Under the pieces are notes generated by a model. It searched no databases. It was not told the origin of the DNA and saw nothing but the letters and a program-made list of their open reading frames with translations. Of a stretch of DNA of 64,000 nucleotides, positions 1 to 12,170 are shown in pieces. The stretch covers positions 57,415,194 through 57,479,193 of the forward strand of contig NC_068994.1 in the NCBI RefSeq assembly GCF_001194135.2. The letters are read 5' to 3'. The position numbers and the translations under genes were made by a program. How positions within the stretch are numbered: the stretch's first letter is position 1; each line of letters starts with the position of its first letter. The stretch comes from Octopus bimaculoides (lineage: Eukaryota).

Positions 1-190
1 TATGTATGTGTGTATGTATATATGTATGTATGTATGTATGTATATTTACATAATTGTATTAATATAAACCAATCGCTTTAGATAATGGAAAAGCACTGAC
101 TTTTTACTCTAAGTTACCATTATCACATTCGCATACTTTCACCTTACATAGTTTGCGGGGGTTGATGTTGCAATATTATATTGAATCGAT

Positions 191-473
191 TATATTGTGT
201 TGAGTGAACAGATGCGCAATACTTTGCTAAATTCTTTCCTATATTCGTCAGGCCACAACAAAAGCTGCCTAGCATTCTGAGTAGAGGCCATCGTCTGACA
301 TCATCTGAGGCCACGTTTCATCAACTAAGAGGGGGACAAGAACCGGTGTCAGCGTGTGGACGGTACAACACTATGGCCTCTACTTTGTGTGCGAAGCTGC
401 TTTTGTTGTAATGTGACGAATAAAGCGCGTAAATTACTAAAATATTGCAAAACCTTTGACTCAGCACAATATA
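191..473. mobile_element. Fold-back MITE, Tc1/mariner-type, ~280 bp with ~100-bp degenerate inverted arms
   Basis: Left arm TATATTGTGTTGAGTGAACAG...CACAACAAAAGCTGCC...AGTAGAGGCCAT matches the reverse complement of ATGGCCTCTACT...GCTGCTTTTGTTGTAATGTGACGAATA...CTCAGCACAATATA; TA at both ends. Confidence 0.75.
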
Positions 474-947
474 CAATTGTTGGGTGGGGTGGTGCAGTAA
501 ACCTATTTCGGCATTTGACTGGTACTTAGTATATGTACCCTCGAAGGAAACCTGCGCACATTGCTTAAATGATCATTATTCGATATTTTGAATTATCTTG
601 CCTAGAATTCTAACCAACCAGTCAATGCATCGCCCGAAACTCTGTCCTACAAATGCTTTCTTACAGAGTCACATGACCAGGAATTTAGTTAGTGGTATGT
701 GTGTGGGGTGGGTCAGTTTTATCAATCCCAAGAGGAACGAAAGGAAAAGCCAACCTCGGGAATATGTGTATTCAGAGCGTAAAGAGTTGTACTTTAATAC
801 CTCACGGCAACGAAATGCTGTTTTAATACTGAACGCGTAATTAAACATAATACAGGTGATAACTCACACAAGCTAGCGACATATTCTGTAACGTTATAAC
901 ACATCATGTCAGTACTGTAGCATTAATGGAAGAACATATGGAGCATA

Positions 948-1106
948 GGCACAGGAGTGACTGTGTAGGAAGAAGTGTTCCTACATGGTTCCGGATTCAG
1001 TCCCATTGTCTGGCGCCATGGGCCAGTGACTTTTTTTTTAGTAGCCTCGGGCCGACCAAAGGCTTATGAGAGGATATGGCAGACGAAAACAGATAAAAGT
1101 CCGTCG

Positions 1107-1158
<52 letters not shown>
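948..1158 (+). mobile_element. tRNA-derived CORE-like SINE (family B), 5' half running into (TA)n
   Basis: GGCACAGGAGTGACTGTGT head, GGTTCCGGATTCAGTCCC B-box-like motif, GCCTCGGGCCGACCAAAG core; homologous to minus copies at 57238-57512. Confidence 0.8.
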
Positions 1159-1162
<4 letters not shown>

Positions 1163-1355
1163 GATGTGATTTAGCACCCCCTAAAAATTTAAAAATTCTA
1201 GGGGAAGCGAGTGCACCGCCTGCACCAACTGTTCCCGGATCCTTGGACGCGGTATATTGTTATGCAACCCTAACATGCTACAAAGTATATTAAACATTTT
1301 TTTTAAGTCAATACCATGTCATGGTGTGTTAGCAGTGCTTTTTAAACCACTTGAT

Positions 1356-1476
1356 AAGGTTATCTCTATAGATGTTCTATAGAAATTAATTGCCAGCATT
1401 GACTTTTGTTACGACGTTTCGTAACAAAAATCAGTGCTGGTTACAGTTTCTACAGGATATCTTTAGAGATAACCTT
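1356..1476. mobile_element. 121-bp palindromic MITE-like element
   Basis: AAGGTTATCTCTATAGATGTTCTATAGAAA...CCAGCATTGACTTTTGTTACGA cgtt TCGTAACAAAAATCAGTGCTGG...TTTCTACAGGATATCTTTAGAGATAACCTT; ~58-bp arms. Confidence 0.75.
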
Positions 1477-3000
1477 TACAAGAATAAGTAATATAAATTT
1501 TGTTGAAGTATGTCTGTAAAATAAAATCTATAGTAAACATTTCATTGTGATATTGATGTCATGCATTAGGCACAAGGTCGCAAAATTTGCACTTACTTTC
1601 TGAATACGTTAGGGTTGAAAGAAACTTGAACCCGGCTAGATTTGAACTTGAAACGTAGGAGGAAGCAAAGTAAATATCGTATGACATTCCTGTATGACAC
1701 TGTGTTCTTTCTGTCTATTCGCTGTCGACAAGTGCTATAATAATTATAGCTCAATCATGATGTGCAGTTGTCACTTTACACGAGTAAGCTGAATAGAATT
1801 TAATCTGGCCGTGATGAGTCGCTGACAGAAAGTGTAAGATGAGATCGTGATAAAGTATATATTAATAATATACATTTAATAACATTAAGGACAATAACTC
1901 GAACTTGTGTGATGACATTGAGGAAGTGTTCTCAATTTGGCTCGGTAAATTATTTTCCTACTGACTGATGGCTTGCAAGTGATTTGATAAGAAATCGCTT
2001 CATTTTAGTAAAGCGCAGATAAATGTAGTGGCAACGGTATCTTTAATAACTCTTAGACCCGACTCCTGGCGTTCTAATGACAAGAATCAAGCACTGACAA
2101 CAAAATATTTGATTATTTAAGAATTATTGAAGCAACTGATGGGTAGAGTTCTCAATTTAAGCACCATATTTATAACAATTCTTTCAAAGTGTATTCTAGC
2201 GAGCACAGAGTGTAATACCAGGAAAATAGAACATCGAATTTGTACAGGCAAAATGGCGTAAACTACTTCCTAATTGACGCTATAAAGGCGTTTTATTTTT
2301 ATATAGGCGTCTACCGCTCTACAGATTATCCGATCTATTTACGTTTGTAAAAGGATTATGTATTCATACATCAGCATATAGTTGACAGTGATTGGTCAAA
2401 ATTGCTATAATGTCTTTATATTCTTTTCAACTTCAATTCCTCTAAAGTTAAATAGTTAAGCGTGTATGAATTTCTATAACAACGAAAATATAGAGGAAAA
2501 ATCAACTAACGTTGTTACTCTGTACGTTCGTCTCGTTACAAATCTTGCTAATATCTTTATGCGGTTCTTTGTCATGTTTATTATATTTACTGAAACGGAC
2601 TCGTTTCACTGATTTCCAAAGAAAACCAGACCAATATGATTATCTATCGGAAACGGTATTGGAATCTATTCAGCCTTAGTTCAATACATGATATGATGTT
2701 TTGGTAGGGAGAAGCCAATCAACACACAATAAAATGCACAAGCAGGCTACAAAAGTAAAAAAAAAAGAAAGAAATAAAAAAAACTAGAAAAGAAACGGAG
2801 AAAAAGGAAGAATATAAAAAGTAGTTGGATCAATAAGATATTTCATTTCATTTTAGCACTTGTTCAGCTGTAAAACTTACGACGTCGGCAGCAGAAATTG
2901 GGTTGAGCGAAATATCACTTCAGTTCAGTAGCAGCAGCAGCAGTTGTAGTGGTGGTAGTGGTGGTGAGTTTCTTAATTGGGGCGCAAAGTGACTGTATAT

Positions 3001-3214
3001 TCTTTTCTACTCGAGCCACAAGGCCCGAAATCTATGCGGAGTGTGCCCAGTCGATTAGATCTAACCCAGTGCGGCGCAACTGGTGCTTAATTTATCGACC
3101 CCGAAAGGATGAAAGGCAAAGTCAAACTCGGCGGAATTTGAACTCAGAACGTAAAGACAGACGAAATACCGCTAAGCAATTCGCCCGGCGTGCTAACCAT
3201 TCTGCCAGATCACC
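3001..3214 (-). mobile_element. tRNA-derived SINE family A
   Basis: ATCGACCCCGAAAGGATGAAAGGCAAAGTCAAACTCGGCGGAATTTGAACTCAGAACG...GCTAACCATTCTGCCAG is the reverse complement of the family-A copy at 62712-62925. Confidence 0.9.
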
Positions 3215-3424
3215 TCAAAGTGTCGAAGAAGGTGTAATCAATTATTTATGTCAACCTCAGCACATTACAGGTACCTTTTTATCGAAATGCTGAACAGTGG
3301 AAGTCAAAGAAGACCCCCGGAGAATTCTGTCTCAAAATGCAAAGGAACGTAACTTAAAACCGCAAACCATTTTTTGCGCCGCTCTGCCGATTCTGGTATC
3401 CCCCACCCTCTACCTCATATAAAT

Positions 3425-3635
3425 AACATTTTCTATCATAAGTGCAAGGTCGGAGGTTTGTTAAGAGGGATCAATCGATTATATTGATTATTTCACTTGT
3501 ACTTTATTCTATCGATCGCAGAAAGATGAAAGGCGAAGTTTGACCTTTGTGGTATTTGAACTCAGTGTGTAAAGAACCGGAACAAATATCAAAAGACATT
3601 TTGTCCGATATTCTAACGATTCTGCCAATCCACGC
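3425..3635 (-). mobile_element. SINE family A, diverged copy
   Basis: GATGAAAGGCGAAGTTTGACCTTTGTGGTATTTGAACTCAG...CTAACGATTCTGCCAA. Confidence 0.75.
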
Positions 3636-4019
3636 AATTACTTATATTTGCCATCCTCATTTAGAAAGTGAGGAAGAACTTAAGCGAATCAGACATCGGT
3701 CGATTGGCAGAAATGATAAAACATCAGAGGAAATAAACCGTGTTGTTTGTGTGCGTTCCTTGCTGTTGCGTGTTCTAATCCTGCCCATGTTAAATTTCCT
3801 TTTTCTCCTTGTAAGGAAGATATGACAAACCCTAGACAAAGTACTTGGGTCGATATATTCCAGCAAAACAATTTCAAACACCATCTTCCAGCGACTGAAA
3901 CGAGTAAAAATTAAAATAAGATAAAATGATGTTAAGAGATTCTTTAACGTGGAAACTGTGTAATTTCATGAAGTTAACTGTTTAAAAGTTTTCTTCTGCA
4001 ATAAGAATGGTTTCCGATG

Positions 4020-4387
4020 TCACCTTCAAGGTTGAAATCTCCACTTCTGAATTTTGCAAACCATCTTCTGCAAGTTCTTTCATTCAAGCTTTCTTTCCCA
4101 TAAACTGAGTGTATGTTTCGAGTCGCTTCGGCTGCAGAGTTTTCTTTTTTTTTTTTGTACTTATAAATCATTATGTACCTTAAACGCTCTTTGGATACTT
4201 CCATGTTAGAAAGGGTTTTAATCAAAGAAATTTTAATTCTATTATTCTGTAAAATAATATTTAATTAGTTTAAATGTACACAAATGCATAAAAATAATTT
4301 TTAATTCCATTAGACATTCTAAAATACCATTAAATTTCATTCAATTTTAAAAAAGGTAAAATCGGACAGAACTTATGGGATGACCTG
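4020..4387 (-). mobile_element. Mariner (Tc1/mariner) transposon 5' remnant: terminal inverted repeat plus N-terminal HTH of transposase, truncated
   Basis: Minus-strand MEVSKERLRYIMIY...NSAAEATRNIHSVYGKESLNERTCRRWFAKFRSGDFNLE is a typical mariner/SETMAR N-terminal HTH; TIR-like CAGGTCATCCCATAAGTTCTGTCCGATTTT at 4387-4357; no DD34D domain and no second TIR seen. Confidence 0.9.
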
Positions 4388-4971
4388 TTAGATTCCACTA
4401 ATCCACTGTTATTCTTCTTTCTATATGTTCTTCATTTTTTGTTGTTTTTTTTTGCTGTTCTTTCGCACCTGGTCAGGCCTGAACAAGCAGACATTAGGCC
4501 ACACATGACCATCTTGTCTTTTTGTCTACCTATAAACTACATCCTGCATGGTGACTATTCTTTTAAGATCGGTGTAATTTGACTGCTATTTCTATAAGGC
4601 TGAGCCAAAACTCACAGGATTTTCTTCGAATTAATCAACTAAGGTTAGTTGAAACAATTTAATGAGTGGTTGCATAGTGTTATCATCATTAATTCTATCG
4701 AGAGATTTACTTGTAAATCACTACCATAAAAGTCAACAGTATGTCACGTTTCTCACTCTTCGGCTCAAAGTCTTAAAGATTTTATGGTACGCAACGTCGA
4801 CGCTTCGGCGCCAAAATTCTTCAATAGAATACTTTGTCTTACCTTTAGGCACGTTCACACAGAATTATACAAACGACAGAAAATTACAGCTAACATATGC
4901 ATATAGTTATACACACAAACACAAACACACGCATATATTTGCTTATTCGCCTGTACACGTACATGAATACG

Positions 4972-5097
<126 letters not shown>

Positions 5098-5371
5098 AAC
5101 ATACGTGTGCGTGCATACGTTTTATGTAGACACTATATGTAAATTAATGAACTTTTGTTAGCGTGCCTTAATGAAATACAATGGTCGTATAATATTACGA
5201 TGTTAGTATAATATTATCTAGGTAGATATTAGCCATCAACGATGTATTAAGTTAATCATGCATCAGAATTTAAAGTTACGTTTATGTTTTCTTATTACAG
5301 TTTTTACGAGAACAAAACCCAACGCTCCAGATGATGTTTCGGCTACTTACTGAGATAAATGATATTCTATC

Positions 5372-5604
5372 TTCTATTTGTTTCTGTCATTAGACTGTGG
5401 CCATGCTGGGGCACCACCTTGAAGACCTTTTAGTCGAATGGATCGACTCCAGTACTTGCCTTCTTTTTACGCTTGGCACTTATTCTATCGCTCTGTTTGG
5501 CCGAACCGCTAAATTACGGAGACATACACAAACCAGAACCGGATGTCAAACGGTAGTAGTGAGGGACAAACATAGAAACAAAGACACACACACACACACA
5601 TACA

Positions 5605-5636
<32 letters not shown>

Positions 5637-5646
5637 CACACACACA
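5372..5646 (-). mobile_element. SINE family B, 3' half ending in its internal (CA)n tract
   Basis: TGTCATTAGACTGTGGCCATGCTGGGGCACCACCTTGAAG...ATCGACTCCAGTACTT...CCGAACCGCTAA; same block as 8195-8417 and 56995-57200. Confidence 0.8.
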
Positions 5647-5731
5647 AGCTCAGTCACAATAAGTGGCACCTGAATTATTCCTGTTTGGCTTGATATTGTG
5701 TATAGGCACCTTCGTTATTTTATGCATACAT

Positions 5732-5811
<80 letters not shown>

Positions 5812-5897
5812 TTCTTTTGGTATTGTGGATCTTGAAGCAGATTAGGCTATAAAAATAGCGCATAAATATCAGGTTAAAAAAAACTTTAAATGAAAAA

Positions 5898-5963
5898 GTC
5901 CAAGGCTGCCCTGGGGATTCGAACCAACATCTGCCATAACCATGATAGGCATTGCACCATCGA
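5898..5963 (-). mobile_element. tRNA-like SINE head remnant
   Basis: Minus strand has A-box-like TGGTGCAATGC and B-box GGTTCGAATCC; no complete cloverleaf. Confidence 0.4.
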
Positions 5964-6807
5964 ATTTTTCAGTCCATTTTAAATTCTTTATTCTTTGCAG
6001 GGAGTGTTTTAAGTTGTTGACGTCATAAGAAGCAATAAACTTCGAGGGAACGTGAAATAATGCCTTAAATTCGAAAGGTGGATTTCGAAGTAGATAAAAT
6101 TTATTTAAGGGTGTGTTTTGTAAGAGTTTCGGCTGTTATTTGCAGCTTCTTAATGGACTACGCGTGGGCTTAGTGTTTAAAATTGTCTTCAGTATATTAT
6201 AGTTTTTCTCTCTCACCCTCTTCTTCCTCCTCTCTATCTCCTTCTTTACCCCTCTCTTTCTCTCTCTCCCTCTCCTCCCCTTCTCTTCCTCTCTCATACA
6301 ATCCAATGGTTCTATTACATTTGTAAATATGTAGATTTCACCGAAATATAAAACTTATAAAATTAAAATAATTATTAACATTGCATAACAACAAAAGAAA
6401 CCTATTAAATTTGGAATTAATTTAAAATTGAGAATAGGATTTTTTTTCTTTGCCATTATTTAATGTAATTCTTCCAGATTATTTTAGGAAAATATTCTCA
6501 TTTTAATGAGTGTAAATATATTTTTACAAATGAAGCCATTCGCGGGTAGATGAAGTAATTAATTTGAGAGAGCATTACAGTGAAGCTATGCCAGTCCTTA
6601 TTTTTATCTCTTGTTACTTCAATATGACGGGTTTCTGTTTTGTTATTCAAATATTTACTCATCGAAATCTTCGGTTTCCTTTCACAGAGAATATGACAGA
6701 GGCTTGTTCAGGCTACATATTTGCATATTGTCTCATAATCATCATTGTAACAAGATTATTAATATCGTAATAGTTACGATTTTGAAAGAATTTAAAAGAT
6801 TGTGATA

Positions 6808-7130
6808 TTCTAAGGTTGACAGTGTTTTTTGTAGGATATGGGTTGTGCCTACGAAAACAATATTTTTTCTTCTTTTTTTCTTTTTGTAGTTCTGCTATTC
6901 TCGGGTTTCATGGAACTTGATCATCGTATTTTAAGAACGCTATTTTTATCCTCAAAGCTCCGATAATTACAGGTATAGTTTTCATTTTTAGAGACATTTT
7001 TATTTTTTGAGACTTCTGTTTAAAATCCCATTATTTACGTTCCTTTCTAAAGGCTTTCACAACAGCGTTGCATTCTGCTTGGATTGGCCGCATCTAAGAG
7101 CAAACATGTCTTGTGAAAGTGATCTCATGC
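6808..7130 (-). mobile_element. Decayed C-terminal end of an R4/Dong-like non-LTR retrotransposon (restriction-like endonuclease region)
   Basis: Minus-strand translation with stops and frameshifts: LLDAANPS...KAFRKERK...MKTIPVIIGAL...DQVP-NPRIAELQK...VFVGTTHILQKTLST, matching the PVIIGALG...ELQK..GTAHIL end motif of this clade. Confidence 0.7.
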
Positions 7131-7197
7131 CCTGAATAGCTCGATATGTGTGAATTCTAAAACGCAAAGAACGCTGAGGTTTTTTTCTGTCCGGCAT

Positions 7198-7365
7198 TCG
7201 CCATGATTGATCGCTAGCCACTAAACTTTTTTATATGTTCTCTCTGTGTTTATTTCTGTGTTCCTTTCTGTCGAAGAGCGTAGGCTCGAAACGTAAAAGA
7301 CTTTCTCACTTCCCATGCGTTAAACTAATACATCTGTTTGCTGTTTACACACCCGTCTTCGTCTT
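7198..7365 (+). mobile_element. Penelope-like terminal repeat fragment with hammerhead-like motif
   Basis: TTCCTTTCTGTCGAAGAGCGTAGGCTCGAAACGTAAAAGACTTTCTCAC; a second copy is inverted at 10195-10372. Confidence 0.6.
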
Positions 7366-8194
7366 ATACAAAAACAGCCATTCCAACAATCCAACATACC
7401 TCCTTCATCAACTGCCCCACGGATATCATTATAGTTTCGATACCTAGATGGACAGTACCATTCAATTCGGCGGCGTCAACAGCACTAAAATAAGTGTTGT
7501 TTAGGAACAAACAAACCAAAGAAACCACAACTTTCAAACAAATTTACCCTATGTACAACAGTATCGGTAAATAAATTCAGTAAGTAAATCGATAACCAAC
7601 TCCTAAAAATGTAACTAAACAGGAACCAAACCTTTAAGCCATACGAAAAATATTCCCTACAGTCTTCCATAGTATAATATAAAAGTGAATGTTTAATAAC
7701 GACATTCATTCAATCTCTTCTTCTTCGTCTTCTTTTTCGTCTTCTTTTTCTCCTCCCCTCCTATTCTTCGCCTCTCCTCCTCCCCTCCTTCTTCTTCTTT
7801 TCCGTCTTCTTGCTACTACTTGACCTCTTCTGGTTTCAGACTACAACGAGAAATGTCGTCATCCAATGAGCTTTGTGTCTGTTACAAGGTGAGGTTGATG
7901 TACTTCGGTGAGACGTGTAGCAATTTCTTTAGCGTTCAAAATAAACATTACCGCTGAAACAACTATTCATTGAGAAAATACACTTCCATGGCTTCGGGAT
8001 TTGATATAGATTAAACTAAAACATCATTAAGATTGGAGAGATCATTAGATGGACTTTCTAAATCGTAATGTTTTCTTAGGCTTCTACTGATGCTCTGATA
8101 CAGCTTACGTCATACATCCCAATATGTTGTGGCGAAAAGAAATCTTAGCTTCTAATTTTTCTAATCTCTTTTGATTTTGATTTTTTATAAATCT

Positions 8195-8384
8195 TTTATC
8201 TCTTATCTGTTTCAGTCATCAGACTGTAGCCATGCTGGGGCACCGCCTTGATGAATCGACCCCAGTATTTATTTCTTTTATTTTACCGTTTTCTTTTACT
8301 GAACCGTTAAGTTATGGGGTGTAACTGCTTCCATGCAGTTATCAAACAGTGACGGGTGAGGGGGACAAACATCACAAACATACG

Positions 8385-8417
<33 letters not shown>
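8195..8417 (-). mobile_element. SINE family B, 3' half
   Basis: TTTCAGTCATCAGACTGTAGCCATGCTGGGGCACCGCCTTG...ATCGACCCCAGTA...GAACCGTTAAGTTATGGGG, then (TA)n. Confidence 0.8.
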
Positions 8418-8420
<3 letters not shown>

Positions 8421-9075
8421 TACAGTCTAATGATGTTGACTGGTGAACCAGTTTTGGGGGCTGCATCGAGCCGTACCGATATAATGTAGGATAAATATAA
8501 TAGTAACAATGATCCGTGGATAGAATTCATAAATGTTTTAATGCATCGCTACGCGCGTTTCTATAAGTTGTATGTCTCCTAAGATCACAGTTCCTATTGG
8601 TGTAATGATTACGGTGTAGTCGGTAGTATCCGTGAGCGTCGGGTAGATCATCCTCGTGGACTTATTTCTTCAGGCCATCGCTGTAATCACTAACTGAATT
8701 ATTTTATGAATTTTTAGTCAGTCTGCTTTCTCGCTTTCAACTTGTTTGTATACGTGGAGTGAGCATTTAAAGTGATGGGACGTATTCGGCGTCTACTTTC
8801 AGCATATAGGCACGGTAGCTTTTGTACCCTTAAGTATAATTGTACCCTATACGATTATATATCTCTCAGTTGTAACCTGGATGGGAAGGTCAACTTTCAT
8901 TATGTTTTATTTATGTGAAGAATAATAAGAGTTAAATTTTACTTCTACTTCACCTGACGAAAACGTTCTTTCTTTTCTTTCTTTTTTTTTTGCATGATGT
9001 AACATTTTTGTTCATCAATAAAGGACACGTCTGAAACAGCTCTGTTGTGAACTTCGACCTATCTGTTATTTTGCT

Positions 9076-9110
<35 letters not shown>

Positions 9111-10194
9111 NNNNNNNNNNNNNNNNNNNNNNNNNNNNNNNNNNNNNNNNNNNNNNNNNNNNNNNNNNNNNNNNNNNNNNNNNNNNNNNNNNNNNNNNNN
9201 NNNNNNNNNNNNNNNNNNNNNNNNNNNNNNNNNNNNNNNNNNNNNNNNNNNNNNNNNNNNNNNNNNNNNNNNNNNNNNNNNNNNNNNNNNNNNNNNNNNN
9301 NNNNNNNNNNNNNNNNNNNNNNNNNNNNNNNNNNNNNNNNNNNNNNNNNNNNNNNNNNNNNNNNNNNNNNNNNNNNNNNNNNNNNNNNNNNNNNNNNNNN
9401 NNNNNNNNNNNNNTATATATATATATATATATGCATGCATACACACACAAACACACACACATACACGCACGCGCACACGCACACATATATATATATCAAT
9501 TGCGTTTTAGTTCAATTAAATATTATTTATATTAATCAAACATTGGAAATTAAGTGTCACGGATTGATATTATTAGCCTAAATCAATTTCTGCTGCTTAC
9601 TGTTTAAATGATTGCTCTTTCTTTTTTTTTAATATTAAGCGCCCGTCTGTAATTATTTTATAATTGTGAATAGAGTTTCCGTTGCTGTCAAATTTGGTTG
9701 AATGTCCTATATTTATATAATTCACAAGCATTCTGTTGAAAAGTTATAAATGAATCAGATAACTATATTACATAAAAATAGCTCAGCTATTTCGAGACAT
9801 TTAAACTTTAATTCGCAGATATTTAACCATATATAATATATATTTTACTATTTTCGTCCACAGAAATACTGCAGTAAAGTGACGAGTTAATAATTAAGAC
9901 TAATATCTGTGATTTATGAGGCGTTTCCAAACGCGTCCCAACACCAACTACTAAAAGATAAATTAACGTTAATGGAAAGGTAATAAAAACTACTTTTCTG
10001 TATCAAGTAGGAAAATTATTCAATATTTCATCTTTATCAAGATCTAATAGTGAAGAGAAACGACAAGAGAAGCAAGTTTTAAATTGCATCAAATTTATTA
10101 TTCTATGAGCAATGATACACCGTGGAAAAGTATTATGAGTTGCAGAAACACAAAGCAGAATGGCAAGGATATATGTGATTGAAATTTACAGAAA

Positions 10195-10372
10195 ACCAGA
10201 GACGAAGACAGGTGTTTAAACGACAAATAGTGTATTAGTTTAACGCTTAGGAAGGTGAGAAAGTTTTTTTATGTTTCGAGCCTACTCTCTTCAGCAGAAA
10301 GGAACATGAAAAAATAAACAGAGAGAGAGAGAATTAAAAAAAAACTTTTGGAGCTAGCGGTCAATCATGGCG
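10195..10372 (-). mobile_element. Penelope-like terminal repeat fragment (copy of 7198-7365)
   Basis: GACGAAGAC...GTATTAGTTTAACGC...GAGAAAGT...TTTCGAGCCTACTCTCTTC...GCTAGCGGTCAATCATGGCG is the reverse complement of 7198-7365. Confidence 0.65.
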
Positions 10373-10524
10373 GCCAGGAAATATGTGCTGTGATATTCAA
10401 GTCATAACTGTCCCATGACAAATGAAATTTACTATTATTGACGTATATGGCTAATAATAAAGTAGTCTTGTCGTGGACCTTCCTGCCGTAGACGACAGTT
10501 GGGGGTGTTTTGTTTACAATGATC

Positions 10525-10740
10525 AAATATTTCTACTGTGCATTAGCTCACTCACACCATCAAATTCACATTGTATGAGCAGGTACACGGTTTACCACAT
10601 ATCAGGTGTCGGAGTGATTGCCGAACAAACGCGAGATAAAGTTCTTTGCTCAAGAACACAACACACCATCCAGTCAAGGAATTGGAACTGCGATCATTCG
10701 ATCGTGAGTGCAAGAGTACGACCACTAGGCCGTGCGCCCC
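10525..10740 (-). mobile_element. tRNA-derived SINE of a separate CORE-like family
   Basis: Minus strand GGCGCACGGCCTAGTGGTCGTAC A-box, then GTGTTCTTGAGCAAAGAACTTTATCTC CORE-like block. Confidence 0.65.
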
Positions 10741-10772
10741 CTCACAACAAAAACAACAACAACAACAACGAC

Positions 10773-10982
10773 AATCCTTTTTCCTATAGGCAAAAGGCCT
10801 GAAATAGTCGAGGAGAATTGTCGATTACACCAACCTCAGTATTCAACTGGTACTTAATTTATCGACCCCGAAAGGATGAAAAGCAAAGTCCACCACGGCG
10901 GAATTTGAACTCAGAACCTAGCGACAAAAGAAATACTGCAATGCATTTCGCCCAGCGTGCTAACGATTCTACCAACTCACCA
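10773..10982 (-). mobile_element. SINE family A
   Basis: Full consensus match including AATCCTTT tail side and GCTAACGATTCTACCAACTCACC head side. Confidence 0.9.
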
Positions 10983-11005
10983 CCTTATAAAATAATAATA
11001 ATAAT

Positions 11006-11218
11006 AATCCTTTCTATTATAGGTACAATGCCTGAAATTTGTGGGAGGGGGATAGTCGATTACGTCAACCCCAGTACTCAACTGTTACATAATTTATCGA
11101 CCCCGAAAGGATAAAAGGCAAAGGCGACCTCGGGAGAATTTGAACTCAGGACGTAGCGGCAGACGAAATACTGCTAAGCATTCGCCTGGCGTGCTAACGA
11201 TTCTGCCAGCTCGCTGCC
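11006..11218 (-). mobile_element. SINE family A, head-to-tail with the previous copy
   Basis: Near-consensus match; separated from 10773-10982 only by (AAT)n. Confidence 0.9.
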
Positions 11219-11989
11219 TTAGTAATAATAACAACAACACAATAATAATTCATTTATATATTTCTTCCTAACATTTTCTTCGCTGCAATTAAAATTTTTC
11301 CTTGGGTCTTCATTAATTAAACGCAATCGACGAGGTTCTCAACTCAAACGCCTAGGTAAAAATTAATAATTTATTCCACCGAAACGGACATGTAGTTGAC
11401 ACCAGCATGTCAAGATCCTATAATAATAATAATAATAGCCAGCTCACTGTCAGAGCGATTATTGTATTATACATAATGCTAATGGCACCTACAGTTTAAA
11501 CAGAGGCGTGAGACTTATAACTCGAGAAGTGCAAAATGGTTCTAATTTAACCACGTTTGTGATAATTCTATCATGCAAGTCCACCATTCAGATTATTTAG
11601 ACTTTAAGATATTCGTATTCTGTTAATGATTTTTAAATTATTTTTCATTTGTATTTTTAAGTTTCTTTAATCTTCGTCTTCTTAAAGACTGAACTTTTAA
11701 AGATTAGCGTTTTGTTTGTCTTCAGCTGACTACATTAAAGCGATTAGTGACACGTGCGCGTGTTCCTGTATATCATGACATAATCTCTTTCGTAAATATT
11801 TCCGTGTTTAAGCAGTCGACACGAGTGTGTTCTCTTGTCTTACGCAAAGCTACGATGACAGAAATATTGATCTATAAATATTGATTTGCTGTAGAGACTA
11901 AAGACGACAAGTAGTGACATGGTCGATTACATTTACCCAAGTATATTACTGATACTTTTATCATCAGCCCAGAGTCTTATATATTCCAG

Positions 11990-12170
11990 AGTGTGGCTAT
12001 TGTACATAAGATACGTAAATGCTATGCAGATCTATATGTATGTGTGGCTATTTGTGTACATATGACAGTTTGACGAAGACGAGCATTCCGAAACATCGAA
12101 GTCACAGTTAATCCTTTCCTTGTAAAAGCTTAATAAATACATACTCTACTACAACGTATTCAAAAATCCT
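11990..12170 (+). mobile_element. Penelope-like terminus remnant of a second family
   Basis: TTGACGAAG...CCGAAACATCG followed by AATAAA, a layout typical of Penelope-like element ends. Confidence 0.45.

Noticed and set aside
3665-3825. Apparent exon EEELKRIRHRS...LLLRVLILPMLNFLFLL with AG/GT borders and a hydrophobic tail
   Set aside because: Its 3' half aligns with a decayed plus-strand family-A SINE (GTTCTAATCCTGCCCATGTTAAATTTCC vs GTTCAAATTCCGCCGAGGTCAACTTTGCC)
5301-5354. Strong acceptor followed by FTRTKPNAPDDVSATY, resembling an FN3 start
   Set aside because: In-frame stop after 16 codons, no donor, and it runs into a SINE
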